This document shows positions 1-9,649 of a stretch of 29,840 nucleotides of DNA, piece after piece. The DNA lies in the IMG/VR virus record IMGVR_UViG_3300012038_000032, positions 1 to 29,840 of that record; one strand, 5' to 3'. The position numbers were made by a program, and so were the translations under genes. Numbering within the stretch: the first letter of the stretch is position 1; every line of letters starts with the position of its first letter. The stretch is from a virus (Duplodnaviria; Caudoviricetes). A model generated the notes under the pieces. It ran no database searches and was not told where the DNA came from. It saw only the letters and a list, made by a program, of their open reading frames with translations.

Positions 1-544
1 CAAGACCCTGATTGGCACGAGCCATGAGGGTATTGTAGAGTTCGTCTAGTCGAGGGTCTCTGATGGGAGCGACAGATCCACCCGGTGGGGCTGTTGGTGT
101 GGGGACCGGTGGAGCTGTTGGGGGCGGAGTGGTTGTTGTAGGAGGTCTAGGGGCTGTAGGGGGTGGGGTGGCTGTACGAGGCCGACCATTTGAGCCGATG
201 CCGTCTAAGAATTGAGCGTGCTTGGTTTGGGAAGGATCGTTCATGTTGCCGACGAGGTCAGCAATGAACTTACCTGAGGGATCGTAGGCTTTGTCACCCC
301 TGAGCGTGACACCAGTCGTGAAGGCCTTGTTCTGATCGAGCCAACCCTGAATGTTGTTGAAGTCACCCTTGCCATACCACGCTTTCCTGAACTTCTCTAG
401 GTCGTAACCACCCTGAGCTGGGGGAGGAGTTGTGGGAGAGGGTGGTGCGATACCGGTTCCTGTGCCGACGTTGTAGGGATTTTCGATCTCTGTTCCTTCA
501 GGAGCAGGATTGTAGGGATCTTGGTAGGGCGCTTCGTATGACAT
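1..544 (-). CDS. Pro-rich putative internal virion/ejection protein (runs off the window edge)
   Basis: Read by hand: ATG at 544, MSYEAPYQDPYNPAPEG...TPPPTAPRPPTTTTPPPTAPP...RDPRLDELYNTLMARANQGL, open to the edge. It lies downstream of the tail genes; the function is inferred from position only. Confidence 0.6.
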   Translation of the reverse strand, partial: MSYEAPYQDPYNPAPEGTEIENPYNVGTGTGIAPPSPTTPPPAQGGYDLEKFRKAWYGKGDFNNIQGWLDQNKAFTTGVTLRGDKAYDPSGKFIADLVGNMNDPSQTKHAQFLDGIGSNGRPRTATPPPTAPRPPTTTTPPPTAPPVPTPTAPPGGSVAPIRDPRLDELYNTLMARANQGL

Positions 545-546
545 AG

Positions 547-999
547 TTATTTACCTATTTCCCGTGTAATGGAATTATTTACTTGATCGAAACTAGATTC
601 TCCGAATCCGTCGAAGTTGGCTCCGGCTGCACCCATGGATTGTGCTCCCATGTTCCCGACGATGGCGTCTATGAGACCAGAGGGAAGCTTATTCTTCAAG
701 AGTTTACCTAAGAGGGGGGCCATGAGTCCGGTGCCTGCCGCTGTCATAGCTGTTTTTGCGGGACCTCCTGAACCAGCAAACATGGCGTTGTTTTCTACTC
801 CTGATCCACTCTTCAAGAAGTTGTAGGTACTGGCTCCATCAGCTAGAGAACCTAAGATAGCTGCAAGAGAAGGGTTCATGGTCGTGGGTCTAGAGGTCTC
901 TGAGAGGCCTAAGTCCATATGTTGTGGGGGCTTCTCATTTGAGACTCGTTTTATCATTTCTTGGGCGAGGGGACCGTTCAGGTCTAATTCTTGTGGCAT
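547..999 (-). CDS. hypothetical Gly/Ala-rich protein, possibly internal virion protein
   Basis: 150-aa ORF packed tightly (1-2 nt gaps) into the late operon; Gly/Ala/Met-rich hydrophobic segments. Confidence 0.6.
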   Translation of the reverse strand: MPQELDLNGPLAQEMIKRVSNEKPPQHMDLGLSETSRPTTMNPSLAAILGSLADGASTYNFLKSGSGVENNAMFAGSGGPAKTAMTAAGTGLMAPLLGKLLKNKLPSGLIDAIVGNMGAQSMGAAGANFDGFGESSFDQVNNSITREIGK

Positions 1000-1000
1000 G

Positions 1001-1861
1001 TTAACTTTTTATGATATGATTGAGGGTGATAAAGGCTGGGTTGTTTGTTCCTGTTGAGCCTGTAGCACCTCCGGTGACACCGCCATGGTCGTGAGCACTA
1101 TTAGACGCGGTAGAGCCAGTAACAGCTCCTGTACCCTCTGCAGCTGTAGAACCACTGATTGAAACACTTTGACTCCCTGAGTTTGCTGCACTAGACGCTG
1201 ATGTCGTGCCACTATAGTCATGGGTGTGATCTACAGCTTGGGTGTCCCAAAGGTAGCTTCCCGAACCAAAGAAACCACCTTCTTCGTTTTCATTACTTCC
1301 AGTTGAGGTGGTTCCACTATAGGTATGGGTGTGCGCGATAGTGTGGGAGTGGCTACCTCCAGCGAGGGTACCTGCTGCGTGACTGTGAGAGGGACCTACT
1401 AACGTGCCTGCCGTATGCTGATGGCCTGCCTGTGATGCGATGGTGTGGGTGTGGGAACCACCTGTGTGATCGTGGTCGATAGCCCCGCCTGTAGAACCTA
1501 GGACTGCACCTGTACCAGCTAGGGCCTTTCCGAGGATGAATCGCTGACGGATGTCGGGGAGGTTAAAGGTCGTGAGTCCATCGCCTGCCCCGTAAGTGGT
1601 TCCTATGACATTAAACAACCTCTGATAGGTGAGCCTATTAACTTGGGCTCCGTCGCAGAGGAACCAGTTAGATGGAGCTGCGGAGCCCGCGTAGGGCATG
1701 ATAGCACCGGAGGGTACGAAGTTCGTGACCTCTGGACTGGCGAGGTGTTCCCCATTTTCTGTGTGCTCGACAAGGAAGACTGCTCGGAATTGAGAGACGA
1801 GGTTCTCAAATTCATCTGCGACAGTGGAGTCAAGGGATTCCCTGTTTTTTAGTCCAATCAC
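1001..1861 (-). CDS. tail fibre protein with phage tail-collar domain and HxH repeats
   Basis: Collar motif VPSGAIMPYAGSAAPSNWFLCDG...LFNVIGTTYGAGDGLTTFNLPD. Many H-x-H motifs (HDH, HTH, HQH, HSH) resemble the metal-binding needles of T4 gp37/gp12. C-terminus NNPAFITLNHIIK. Confidence 0.9.
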   Translation of the reverse strand: MIGLKNRESLDSTVADEFENLVSQFRAVFLVEHTENGEHLASPEVTNFVPSGAIMPYAGSAAPSNWFLCDGAQVNRLTYQRLFNVIGTTYGAGDGLTTFNLPDIRQRFILGKALAGTGAVLGSTGGAIDHDHTGGSHTHTIASQAGHQHTAGTLVGPSHSHAAGTLAGGSHSHTIAHTHTYSGTTSTGSNENEEGGFFGSGSYLWDTQAVDHTHDYSGTTSASSAANSGSQSVSISGSTAAEGTGAVTGSTASNSAHDHGGVTGGATGSTGTNNPAFITLNHIIKS

Positions 1862-1876
1862 AAGATATGCTCCATG

Positions 1877-3844
1877 TTAAGCGGTTTCCTGATCTGAAGT
1901 CTTCATGTCAAGTCTGTTTAATTGCCACTGACCGTTAGGGGAAGGGACATCCTCAAACTCTAACTGGACAACATACAGCTTGTTTAGGTGGAGGTCGCGG
2001 ATTTGTTTGATAACGTGGTCTTCTGAACCAGTGGCGACAAGAGCGACTGTCTTTGGAATCTCTTCCAGTCCGAAGTCACGAATGAGTGTGATCTTGACTT
2101 GGGCTGTAGCGTGGGCTCGGGCGAGGAGGGCTACAGCCATGATGTGGAACTTCGAGAGGAGATCCCGTAGGATGTAGGGTTTGGTCAAGATTCTGGCTAC
2201 GTAGGTTGATCCGTTGTCGTCGTCTCCAGTGTCACACCTGAGTACGTAGTCGTTATCTGATCCTACTCCAATAAACGGCTTGAGAACTAAGCTTCTCGCG
2301 TCATTGTTGTCGATGTCGTCTGCATAGATACAGGTTGAGTAGACTGTTGCAATCTTTCCTGTCCAGAGGCTCCATCCACCACGAACACCGTCTGGGGTTT
2401 CACGGGTGTTGTTGGTTTGGAGGACAATGTGTTTGTCTGGGAAGCTGGCTCCAGAGGTAGAGATGAACCAATGGACCTGTAGTTTTTCTGGATAATAGAG
2501 TGATCGACATACAACAGCGGCATCTCCATTCACTATTCTCCATGTGTCTAGAATATCTCGTGAGCAGGATTGGATGATTCGTTGACCTCCTGTGCGGCAC
2601 GGGCCAACTTCTGGGTCGAGGAAGTAGAGACAGGGCATTCCATACTGATCGACTCCTTCGACTACTGAGCCGGGGAGTGCGCCGAGGGTTTTAGAGATGT
2701 TAAAGGCTTGATAGGCACGATCTCGAAGACCTGTTCTGACAAGTTTGTAGCTATGGCTGCGCTTGAAGGCCCATACTGACCCGTTGATGGGATTGGAGAG
2801 GTGGGTAAGCGATCCTCCTTCGAAACCGTCAAGATCTAGGAAGTTTGAGGTGTCTGTCGGGATACGTTCGTCATTCCCTTTACCGGGATCGTTGTAGACG
2901 GGAGTCCAACTGACCCTCGACGCTAACTCGTCGTTTTCCCACGAACCGCCAATCAGGAGTCTATCTTCGTCAGCAGCAAGGAACTTACCTGAATGGATGT
3001 TCGCGTAGTCTCCTGTGTCCTCAGAAAGGACATAGCTGGTGGCGTAGCCTGAGGCATAAACTGTGGAGTCGTCAACGAAGGTTGTGGCAACAAGGGTTGT
3101 GGCGACGGTGTAGAAGTTGGCGTTGTCCGTAGAGGCTTCTAATTCCCAGTGGGTCTCATTCTCTGAGATTGAGGCTGGCTTGGTCACTCTGGCTGACGCA
3201 CCATTGTTCCCACCGACAGCGGGGTCATAGGTGACCGAGTCTGAGGGCTCACTTCTGTAGATGGTTGCGCCGCCTGATTGGACAGTATACCTAACCCGAT
3301 AGTATCGGACCCCACTGAATGTGCCTGCGCCTTGTTCGGCAGCAGTGGGGGAGGCAGGTTCTGCGAGACCTGTGCGACGGACGTGAGTTCCAGACTGATC
3401 GACGACGTGGAGCCTGTCAACACCTCCTACTGAGGGGTAGGCAAGGAAGAGCTTACCGTGGAGGGTTTGAGCTGAAAGGTGGAACCCCTGATTCGCAGTC
3501 ACTTCGATGTCGTCTGTGAAGGTGGCTGTCGCCCATGCAGTCGTTTTACGAACCAGTTTGAAGAATTGGCCGGTAAAGTGCATGGCAAGAACCCAGAGTT
3601 CTGAGGCGGTTTCATCTGTGGTTGGGAGGTGGCGATGGAGAAAGGAGACCACCTGCATGTTGGCATCACCAGTGATAGAGGTTGGGAGGTCAATATCGAC
3701 ACAACCCAGTCTTCGTTCACCAAGGGTGGAATGGAAGAATTCCACGTTCTCAGCTGTGACGCACTGGTCCTCTGACAGGGCTGTTAAAGGATCTGAGTCG
3801 TTATAGCCTTTTATGGTTGAGATTGTGAAGATGTCGTTTGCCAT
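1877..3844 (-). CDS. tail tubular/nozzle-like protein (P22 gp10 / T7 gp12 type)
   Basis: 655 aa and beta-rich. N-terminus ISTIKGYNDSDPLTALSEDQCVTAENVEF...ERRLG is typical of podovirus nozzle proteins; it lies just downstream of the adaptor gene. Confidence 0.7.
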   Translation of the reverse strand: MANDIFTISTIKGYNDSDPLTALSEDQCVTAENVEFFHSTLGERRLGCVDIDLPTSITGDANMQVVSFLHRHLPTTDETASELWVLAMHFTGQFFKLVRKTTAWATATFTDDIEVTANQGFHLSAQTLHGKLFLAYPSVGGVDRLHVVDQSGTHVRRTGLAEPASPTAAEQGAGTFSGVRYYRVRYTVQSGGATIYRSEPSDSVTYDPAVGGNNGASARVTKPASISENETHWELEASTDNANFYTVATTLVATTFVDDSTVYASGYATSYVLSEDTGDYANIHSGKFLAADEDRLLIGGSWENDELASRVSWTPVYNDPGKGNDERIPTDTSNFLDLDGFEGGSLTHLSNPINGSVWAFKRSHSYKLVRTGLRDRAYQAFNISKTLGALPGSVVEGVDQYGMPCLYFLDPEVGPCRTGGQRIIQSCSRDILDTWRIVNGDAAVVCRSLYYPEKLQVHWFISTSGASFPDKHIVLQTNNTRETPDGVRGGWSLWTGKIATVYSTCIYADDIDNNDARSLVLKPFIGVGSDNDYVLRCDTGDDDNGSTYVARILTKPYILRDLLSKFHIMAVALLARAHATAQVKITLIRDFGLEEIPKTVALVATGSEDHVIKQIRDLHLNKLYVVQLEFEDVPSPNGQWQLNRLDMKTSDQETA

Positions 3845-3972
3845 TATTCTGGTGGGTTGTCTGTCTGATCAGCTTCTTTAAGTTTAGCTTCTAGTTCCGC
3901 AATTTTGCTTTTGAGTTGGTAGATAAGGACTTCTTTGTCCCCTATTATTAGTAATAAGTCGTTAGTAGTCAT
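3844..3972 (-). CDS. small coiled-coil protein (possible fibre chaperone)
   Basis: Read by hand: MTTNDLLLIIGDKEVLIYQLKSKIAELEAKLKEADQTDNPPE (42 aa). AAGGA RBS; TAATG stop/start overlap with the next gene. Confidence 0.65.
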   Translation of the reverse strand: MTTNDLLLIIGDKEVLIYQLKSKIAELEAKLKEADQTDNPPE

Positions 3973-3981
3973 GTAATCCTT

Positions 3982-5859
3982 TTAAGCTACAGTAGTGATA
4001 GCGGTCCAAGTGGTACCTCCATCTGTGTTGATATAGGCACGGGTAGTTGTTGATGAACCATCTGAGCGGAGGTAAAGAGAACCTTTAGCGGCAGAAACGC
4101 TTGGAGCACCCGAACCAGCGTATACACCGAAGGTTGTCGTGGATGTCAATCCTACCCTAGCTGTAGTTGATCCTCCTGCCGGTATTGCAACACCAGTACT
4201 AGATAAAACTATTCCTGCGGTGCTGATAAGTCCCGGAATGCTTATTCCTGTTGCAGTGAACTGGGCTGAGAGAGTGCCTCCTGTAACAATTCGTAAGTCA
4301 TTCGCCGTATTTTCCTGTATGTAAGTATCACCGCCGCCATCCAAATAGATTGAAGCCACAGCTGGAAGAATAAGATTACTTCCAAGAGCTAACTGTCCCG
4401 CCTCTGTCAACGTAGCCGCTGATCCTCCGGTACCATTTCGCCAATACCATAAATTGGTTCCATCATTGTTCGAGTCAATATCGAAATACATATCAGAATT
4501 AGATATGAATTGAAGGAATCCTGTCCCCCCTGTGGAAATAATACCGTTCGTAGTATTAAATAATAGAGAGGCAATTGTTGCTGTTCCAGTGGTTGATATA
4601 GTACTACATACTAGAGGAGCGTATGCAGAGGCATCTGCCAGAACAACTTCAAGTGATGTTGAGGTTCTGCGGAGAGCTGGAAATGCGGAGGTAGTTCCAG
4701 CAAATTGTAGAAGACCGTTACTCGCTAATATTAGCCCAAGAGTGGCATTTGAATAAAATCTAATGGGGGCTGCAGCAGATGCTGCTAGATTTAGTCCACC
4801 TGTTCCAGTGCTGTTTATTGTTAGACCGCTTGCGATATCATAGACACCACCAGAAAAGGTGCTAGATAAAACACTAATAAGACCTATACTATCTGAGCTA
4901 TTATTACCTAATCTTAATTGAGAATATGATGCTGCATTGGCTAATGAGTTTCTAATAGCTACAATGTTGCCTCCAACCCCACTTGCAGAAAAATATGCGG
5001 ACACACCAAAATAGGTTGATGATATAGATCCGGTGAAGACGCCTGTTGTAGCTGCAACTGTGCCACCTGAGAGAGATTCAGCAATCAAATTGGGAACAAC
5101 GGCTGAGCTAGCAGTAACTGCGAAGGGGGCAGATGGGTCACGGTCAAAGGTGATGAGACCGGTTTGGGTGTAGGAGAGGGCACCATTTACACTTGCGCCT
5201 GAACCTGAACCTCCTCCACTACCACTAAAGCCTGAGCTGTGAAGTTTGTTCTGATATAGGTCCCTGTTTGGGGAGAGGGCCATCCAGAGCTTGAGGTCAG
5301 AGAGACGCTGTTCGTACTCACGCTTTGCGTCTTGAGCGAGGGCAAGTTTCTCACTCCTCTTAAGTTCGTTCATCAAGACACCCTCAATCAGGATGTCATG
5401 GTAGGATTCGGGGAAGGCTGGTTCTGTTGAACCTGAAAGGGTGGCAGCTGTGGCTGTGACGTCCGCATAGAGAGCGAAGGCAGTCTGGGCGATCTTGTTG
5501 ATCTCGATGATAACGGTGTCAGCGGTGTGGGAGCTGACTGCCCACTTCGTTGGACCGTCTGAGAGGGTGTAGGGTTGATCCTCCCTGAGTTCGTCTAGAG
5601 TGACTTCGTCCAACTTCTTGTAAGGGGAGACGTTTCTATTGTAGACGTTAAATACCTTCTCACAGCTGGTGAAGGTGATGAGGGAGCTGGAAATTGATGC
5701 AAGGGCACTCACTGTCGTTCTACGAGTGAGTTGTAGGCCTATAGCTGTAGTGACTTTACGATAGCACACATTTACGAGCCTACCGACCCGAGTGGTGTCG
5801 TCGGAGGCTGTGAGGTCGAGGCGAGCTGCAATTTCCGAAACGATCTCTGAAAACGTCAA
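3982..5859 (-). CDS. head-tail adaptor-like domain fused to a fibre-like C-terminal region
   Basis: The first ~195 aa (MTFSEIVSEIAARLD...PAFPESYHDILIEGVL...AKREYEQRLSDLK) resemble podovirus adaptors. A Gly/Ser linker follows, then a Gly/Ser/Thr beta-rich region ending GSGAPSVSAAKGSLYLRSDG...YINTDGGTTW. TTG start. Confidence 0.65.
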   Translation of the reverse strand: MTFSEIVSEIAARLDLTASDDTTRVGRLVNVCYRKVTTAIGLQLTRRTTVSALASISSSLITFTSCEKVFNVYNRNVSPYKKLDEVTLDELREDQPYTLSDGPTKWAVSSHTADTVIIEINKIAQTAFALYADVTATAATLSGSTEPAFPESYHDILIEGVLMNELKRSEKLALAQDAKREYEQRLSDLKLWMALSPNRDLYQNKLHSSGFSGSGGGSGSGASVNGALSYTQTGLITFDRDPSAPFAVTASSAVVPNLIAESLSGGTVAATTGVFTGSISSTYFGVSAYFSASGVGGNIVAIRNSLANAASYSQLRLGNNSSDSIGLISVLSSTFSGGVYDIASGLTINSTGTGGLNLAASAAAPIRFYSNATLGLILASNGLLQFAGTTSAFPALRRTSTSLEVVLADASAYAPLVCSTISTTGTATIASLLFNTTNGIISTGGTGFLQFISNSDMYFDIDSNNDGTNLWYWRNGTGGSAATLTEAGQLALGSNLILPAVASIYLDGGGDTYIQENTANDLRIVTGGTLSAQFTATGISIPGLISTAGIVLSSTGVAIPAGGSTTARVGLTSTTTFGVYAGSGAPSVSAAKGSLYLRSDGSSTTTRAYINTDGGTTWTAITTVA

Positions 5860-5862
5860 GGG

Positions 5863-6033
5863 TTATTCCTTTACAACTTTGTCTACGACGGAGGCGATCT
5901 TCTTTCCAGACCCCTTCCGTGAGTGTTTCATGGCGATGGCCGTACATTGAGCCTCTGAATACTTACCTGTTTGGCGGAGGTCGTTTCTGTTCTGATCGAT
6001 GATATCTCGTGAGGTCCCCTTCAAAAGTGGCAT
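5863..6033 (-). CDS. small basic phage protein (MPLxKGxS...AIA type)
   Basis: The likely start is the ATG at 6033 (AAGGA RBS): MPLLKGTSRDIIDQNRNDLRQTGKYSEAQCTAIAMKHSRK. The longer ORF would run through a terminator. Confidence 0.65.
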   Translation of the reverse strand: MPLLKGTSRDIIDQNRNDLRQTGKYSEAQCTAIAMKHSRKGSGKKIASVVDKVVKE

Positions 6034-6045
6034 GGTTGAGTCCTT

Positions 6046-6078
6046 AAAAAAGAACAGGGCCACTTGTGATGGCCCTGT
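6046..6078 (-). terminator. Rho-independent terminator
   Basis: On the minus strand: ACAGGGCCA-tcacaag-TGGCCCTGT followed by TCTTTTTT. Confidence 0.8.
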
Positions 6079-6121
6079 AACGTGGGAAAACGTATGGATG
6101 ATAGAATGTGTGGTCGGAGGT

Positions 6122-6586
6122 CTATTCGTCGTCGGGGATCTTATACTGAACGGGGTTCTCAGCTTCTACAGCGAGTCTTTCGAGAAGTTCCTTGAAGTTT
6201 CGGATACCGAACTCATTGACCAATTTGAGTCTGTGGCTGGCAGTCTTGACTTTGTAGTCTATGTCAAGTCCCTTGTCCTTTCGTCTGATGACTTTGATCC
6301 AACCATTACAGTAAATTCCGGGCTTGATCTTGTTAAGAAGTTCGATCTCGTCGTTGAAGAGTCTGGTTGAGACAAGCTGACCATGATGATACATCTTTCT
6401 CTTCAGCTTGACTCTGGGCTCATCATTCTTGGGGGTCCATGGTGTGATCGCTTTCCGATTGGCAGCAGTCACTTTCTCTTTGGGCTTGATTGCTTGGAGG
6501 GCACCGGCGAGGGCATTGGAGAGGTCTGTGACACCGATGGAGAGTTGAGTCTGTTCGTCTACGGTCTTGTCCTTCTTTTTTGTCAT
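6122..6586 (-). CDS. hypothetical basic phage protein
   Basis: 154-aa ORF with an AAGGA RBS, in the operon orientation. Confidence 0.7.
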   Translation of the reverse strand: MTKKKDKTVDEQTQLSIGVTDLSNALAGALQAIKPKEKVTAANRKAITPWTPKNDEPRVKLKRKMYHHGQLVSTRLFNDEIELLNKIKPGIYCNGWIKVIRRKDKGLDIDYKVKTASHRLKLVNEFGIRNFKELLERLAVEAENPVQYKIPDDE

Positions 6587-6678
6587 GAGTTGTCCTTGTT
6601 TCAGCGACTATTTGATTATAATCCAATACTAGCAGAGTCGCGCCTAAGTACTGGGAGCCCTTGACAGGAACTGACTCC

Positions 6679-7038
6679 TTAAAGTAAGCAGCCTGCGAAG
6701 GTAAGTTGACCGGTTTGTTTGTCTTGAGTGATGAGGGTTTTGCCTTTGGCAGCGCGGCAGGCTTTGTACACTTCTGTCTGTCGGACACCCTTAAAACCTG
6801 TTGTAAGGGTCTGAATTCTTTTAACGGTGTTTTCTGGAGTAGTTGCAAGAGTCTGACGAAGCTTGGCGATTTCTGCGTCCTTCTGGGCACCCTGTTTAAT
6901 CAGGTTGGCCTTCTGTTCTTTTAACTGAGCCACAGAAACTGAGGTATCTACAGCTGGTGGAATAAGTGAAATAGCTGGTTCCTGTGCAAATATGGGGACA
7001 GAAATGAGTAAAAGGGCGATTAGTAGGTAGTTTTTCAT
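6679..7038 (-). CDS. secreted coiled-coil protein with signal peptide
   Basis: MKNYLLIALLLISVPIFA/QEP is a Sec-type signal peptide. A heptad region and two Cys follow. Confidence 0.7.
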   Translation of the reverse strand: MKNYLLIALLLISVPIFAQEPAISLIPPAVDTSVSVAQLKEQKANLIKQGAQKDAEIAKLRQTLATTPENTVKRIQTLTTGFKGVRQTEVYKACRAAKGKTLITQDKQTGQLTFAGCLL

Positions 7039-7044
7039 GAGGTA

Positions 7045-7073
7045 ATGATACCATACCTAGGGACAAAAGTCAA
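7045..7073 (-). promoter_or_regulatory. sigma70-like promoter, probably giving a leaderless mRNA
   Basis: TTGACT-17 nt-TATCAT with an extended TG. The ATG at 7038 follows the -10 box after a 6-nt gap, and no SD is present. Confidence 0.6.
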
Positions 7074-8887
7074 TTGAATGGGAGTGGTATGGTATTTAAG
7101 GCTATAACACCAAATCGAAATCTACGTGGTGTGAGATCGGGTTCTCCAGCTTCTGAAGCCTCAGCCCACAGGGTTTCACTTGCATATAAAGGATATGCCC
7201 TAGCGGTGAAGGTGCCTGTCGGGTCTGTGCATTCATATGGGCTCGCGTTATCGACGGCGTACGGCACGTTGTCCTCGTAGCAGACAACGAACCGGACCAA
7301 GCTGGCATCGTTCGGCGTGACCGTGATCGTGCCACTGCCGGTATAGGTCGCACTCAGGCTGTAGCCGCCTGCCCGATACGGCAGTGCGCCGATGTCCGGC
7401 GTCGTGTCGCTGCCGAAGTAGACCGGATCGTTGTCGGCCCAGGTAATGGAGGGCGTCACCGTGAGCACATTGCCCGCGATACTCACCACCGTCACGACAT
7501 CGGTGCCAACAGTGATCGTGTCGCCCACAACGAGGTTGCCGCTGTATTGATCAAGCGCTGGATCGTCGCCCCGAAAGTAGGTCGCATCGTCCACCGTGAC
7601 CGTCGTGCCTGTGCCGCCGCCGTTAGCGAGGGTGAGCGGACCACCCGTGCCGCGTGCAGGCGACCCAGATTGCAAACTAAAATCCCGCGTCGGATCGGCG
7701 GGGTCGGTCAGGAGTGGATCAACGTTTCGTTGCGAGTTGGCTTCGGCCTGCGGCGCGGTGCCATAGTTGATACTTCCGCCTGTGTCGAACCAGAGGTTGT
7801 AGTCCGAATAGTGGCCTGTGTTTGCGCCGTTATAGGGGTCCGCCGTCGTGACCGAACTGCCCCACAGGTCCACGAAAATATTGTTCACGAAACTTCGATC
7901 CGTGGACGCTGAGTTATCGAATTGCAGATACCCAAACGTCACATGGCCGGTGTAGATCTGTCCTTTGTAGCCGGTTTCGTTGTAGATTTTAAGAAAGTGA
8001 TACTGCGATCCTGAAAACCCGTAGGTATACGAGCCGTGATGGTTCCAGATATTGCGCCGGACCACATTATTTGTGTCAAGGCCAACATCGCCGTTGTTTT
8101 GGACGTTGGAGCCGTGATGATGCTCTACGTTCCCAGTGTCGTTGGCATCGTCGTAGCGATTTGCCTCAAACAGCGTCAACCCAAAGCCGAGTGGGTCGCC
8201 GCTGGCTCCGCTTTGCATGAAATCGGTGTGGGTTTCCGGTCCCGATACAATGCCGTGACTGTAGTTGTTGAGAATGCGATTCTGCTGTCCGAAGAGATAG
8301 AGAAAATCTTCCGTGGCCGCATCGGATTCGTTATACGCCACCAGATTACCTGTCCCGCGCACCTGAAAGTCCTTGTTGCCTGAGTTCACGCTCACATTAC
8401 CGATGAACAGGCAGTTGGTGCACGTCGAGGTTTGCCCACCGCCATCCGTGCGGATGCTGTCAAACGCCACATCGCGCACGGTGCAATTCCATACCTCCAC
8501 ACCCGTAGCGTTCGTAATGTTGATGCCACTTGAACTCGCCGCCCCGTCCCGGTCCACCTCAAACCCGATCACCCGCACATAGTCGCCGCTGACCGTAATC
8601 CCTGCCCCGCTGATCAGCACCGCGCCATCAGCCACGTAGGTGATGTAGTTGCCTGAGGTGCCGTCGGTGGCTTCGGTGAATCCAGCGGTATACGTGCCGG
8701 TTTGCACGCGGCAGAAATCACCCGCCACGATGGTGCTCGCGCACTTCCCAATGGTCAGCCATGCGCCGCCAGCGCTATTGGTAGTCCCGACATTGGAATC
8801 GTTGCCATCGGTGCGGACGTAGTAGGTCGCCGCCGACGCAGGAATCGCCCACAGAAGCAGTAAGAGTAGGCCAAGGATTATCCTCAT
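7070..8887 (-). CDS. right-handed beta-helix (pectate-lyase-like / depolymerase-like) protein with signal peptide
   Basis: MRIILGLLLLLLWAIPASA/ATYYVRTDGNDSN...AWLTIGKCA...AGD...GTY, Asn-ladder repeats, DFSLQSGSPA and PDIGA motifs. Confidence 0.8.
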   Translation of the reverse strand: MRIILGLLLLLLWAIPASAATYYVRTDGNDSNVGTTNSAGGAWLTIGKCASTIVAGDFCRVQTGTYTAGFTEATDGTSGNYITYVADGAVLISGAGITVSGDYVRVIGFEVDRDGAASSSGINITNATGVEVWNCTVRDVAFDSIRTDGGGQTSTCTNCLFIGNVSVNSGNKDFQVRGTGNLVAYNESDAATEDFLYLFGQQNRILNNYSHGIVSGPETHTDFMQSGASGDPLGFGLTLFEANRYDDANDTGNVEHHHGSNVQNNGDVGLDTNNVVRRNIWNHHGSYTYGFSGSQYHFLKIYNETGYKGQIYTGHVTFGYLQFDNSASTDRSFVNNIFVDLWGSSVTTADPYNGANTGHYSDYNLWFDTGGSINYGTAPQAEANSQRNVDPLLTDPADPTRDFSLQSGSPARGTGGPLTLANGGGTGTTVTVDDATYFRGDDPALDQYSGNLVVGDTITVGTDVVTVVSIAGNVLTVTPSITWADNDPVYFGSDTTPDIGALPYRAGGYSLSATYTGSGTITVTPNDASLVRFVVCYEDNVPYAVDNASPYECTDPTGTFTARAYPLYASETLWAEASEAGEPDLTPRRFRFGVIALNTIPLPFN

Positions 8888-9648
8888 GGCCCGACTCCGA
8901 GCAATAAGCCACGCGGAGCGGTCGCAGGTGCACCACCAGCAGGCTCTGAGAACACGGCGACTACGGATGTCGGATCAGCCGTGGCGCTATCGATGGTCCA
9001 TGTCGAAGTGACAGCCCCGGTCGGTGTGATGTTTTTGTCTTGACACTGCAATTGCGACGATGGCCACGTCGCGTCTTCGATCTGTTCCGTAAATCCAGAC
9101 CCTTCGGTGATGTTGGCGGTTTGCATCGCCGTGCAGGCCACTGCAAGGCTGTTGTCGCGGGCCGTCGAAGCCGTTGCGCCCGTGGACACTGCATCAGCAC
9201 CTGTGCCGGGATTGGTCTGCGTGTTGCCGTTACTCGTATCGAACGGGGCGGCATCGAGCCCGGAATACTCGGCACACGCGAGCGCACGCCCACCAATCAC
9301 CGCGCTATAGGTGGTGGTGACGGTCAGGGCTTCCGACTCATCCGCGACGTAGTAATACATCGCCGTCTGAAACCCGTTCCCGACCTGATCGGAATCGGTG
9401 ACTTGCGTCCACGAGTCGGCTCCTGCATCCGACGTGACCGAGGTGAAATCCGCACCTGGGTCTGACATGCGGGTAAAGCAAACGAGCAGATTTCCAGCCG
9501 TGACGTTCGATCCATACGCCAGCGTGTGCGTGGTGCCCGTGCCGCCCGTGGACGTTTCAATGAAGGTCTGAACTTCGGCCCATGCCGCAAACGCAGGCGA
9601 GGCCAGCCCGCAGATGAGGGTGAGGGTGAGGAAGAGGCGTCGCATCAT
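8884..9648 (-). CDS. beta-rich virion-associated-like protein with signal peptide
   Basis: Signal peptide MMRRLFLTLTLICGLASPAFA/A, VTAGNLLV motif, C-terminus APRGLLLGVGP; ATGA overlap with the next gene. Confidence 0.7.
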   Translation of the reverse strand: MMRRLFLTLTLICGLASPAFAAWAEVQTFIETSTGGTGTTHTLAYGSNVTAGNLLVCFTRMSDPGADFTSVTSDAGADSWTQVTDSDQVGNGFQTAMYYYVADESEALTVTTTYSAVIGGRALACAEYSGLDAAPFDTSNGNTQTNPGTGADAVSTGATASTARDNSLAVACTAMQTANITEGSGFTEQIEDATWPSSQLQCQDKNITPTGAVTSTWTIDSATADPTSVVAVFSEPAGGAPATAPRGLLLGVGP

Positions 9649-9649
9649 G

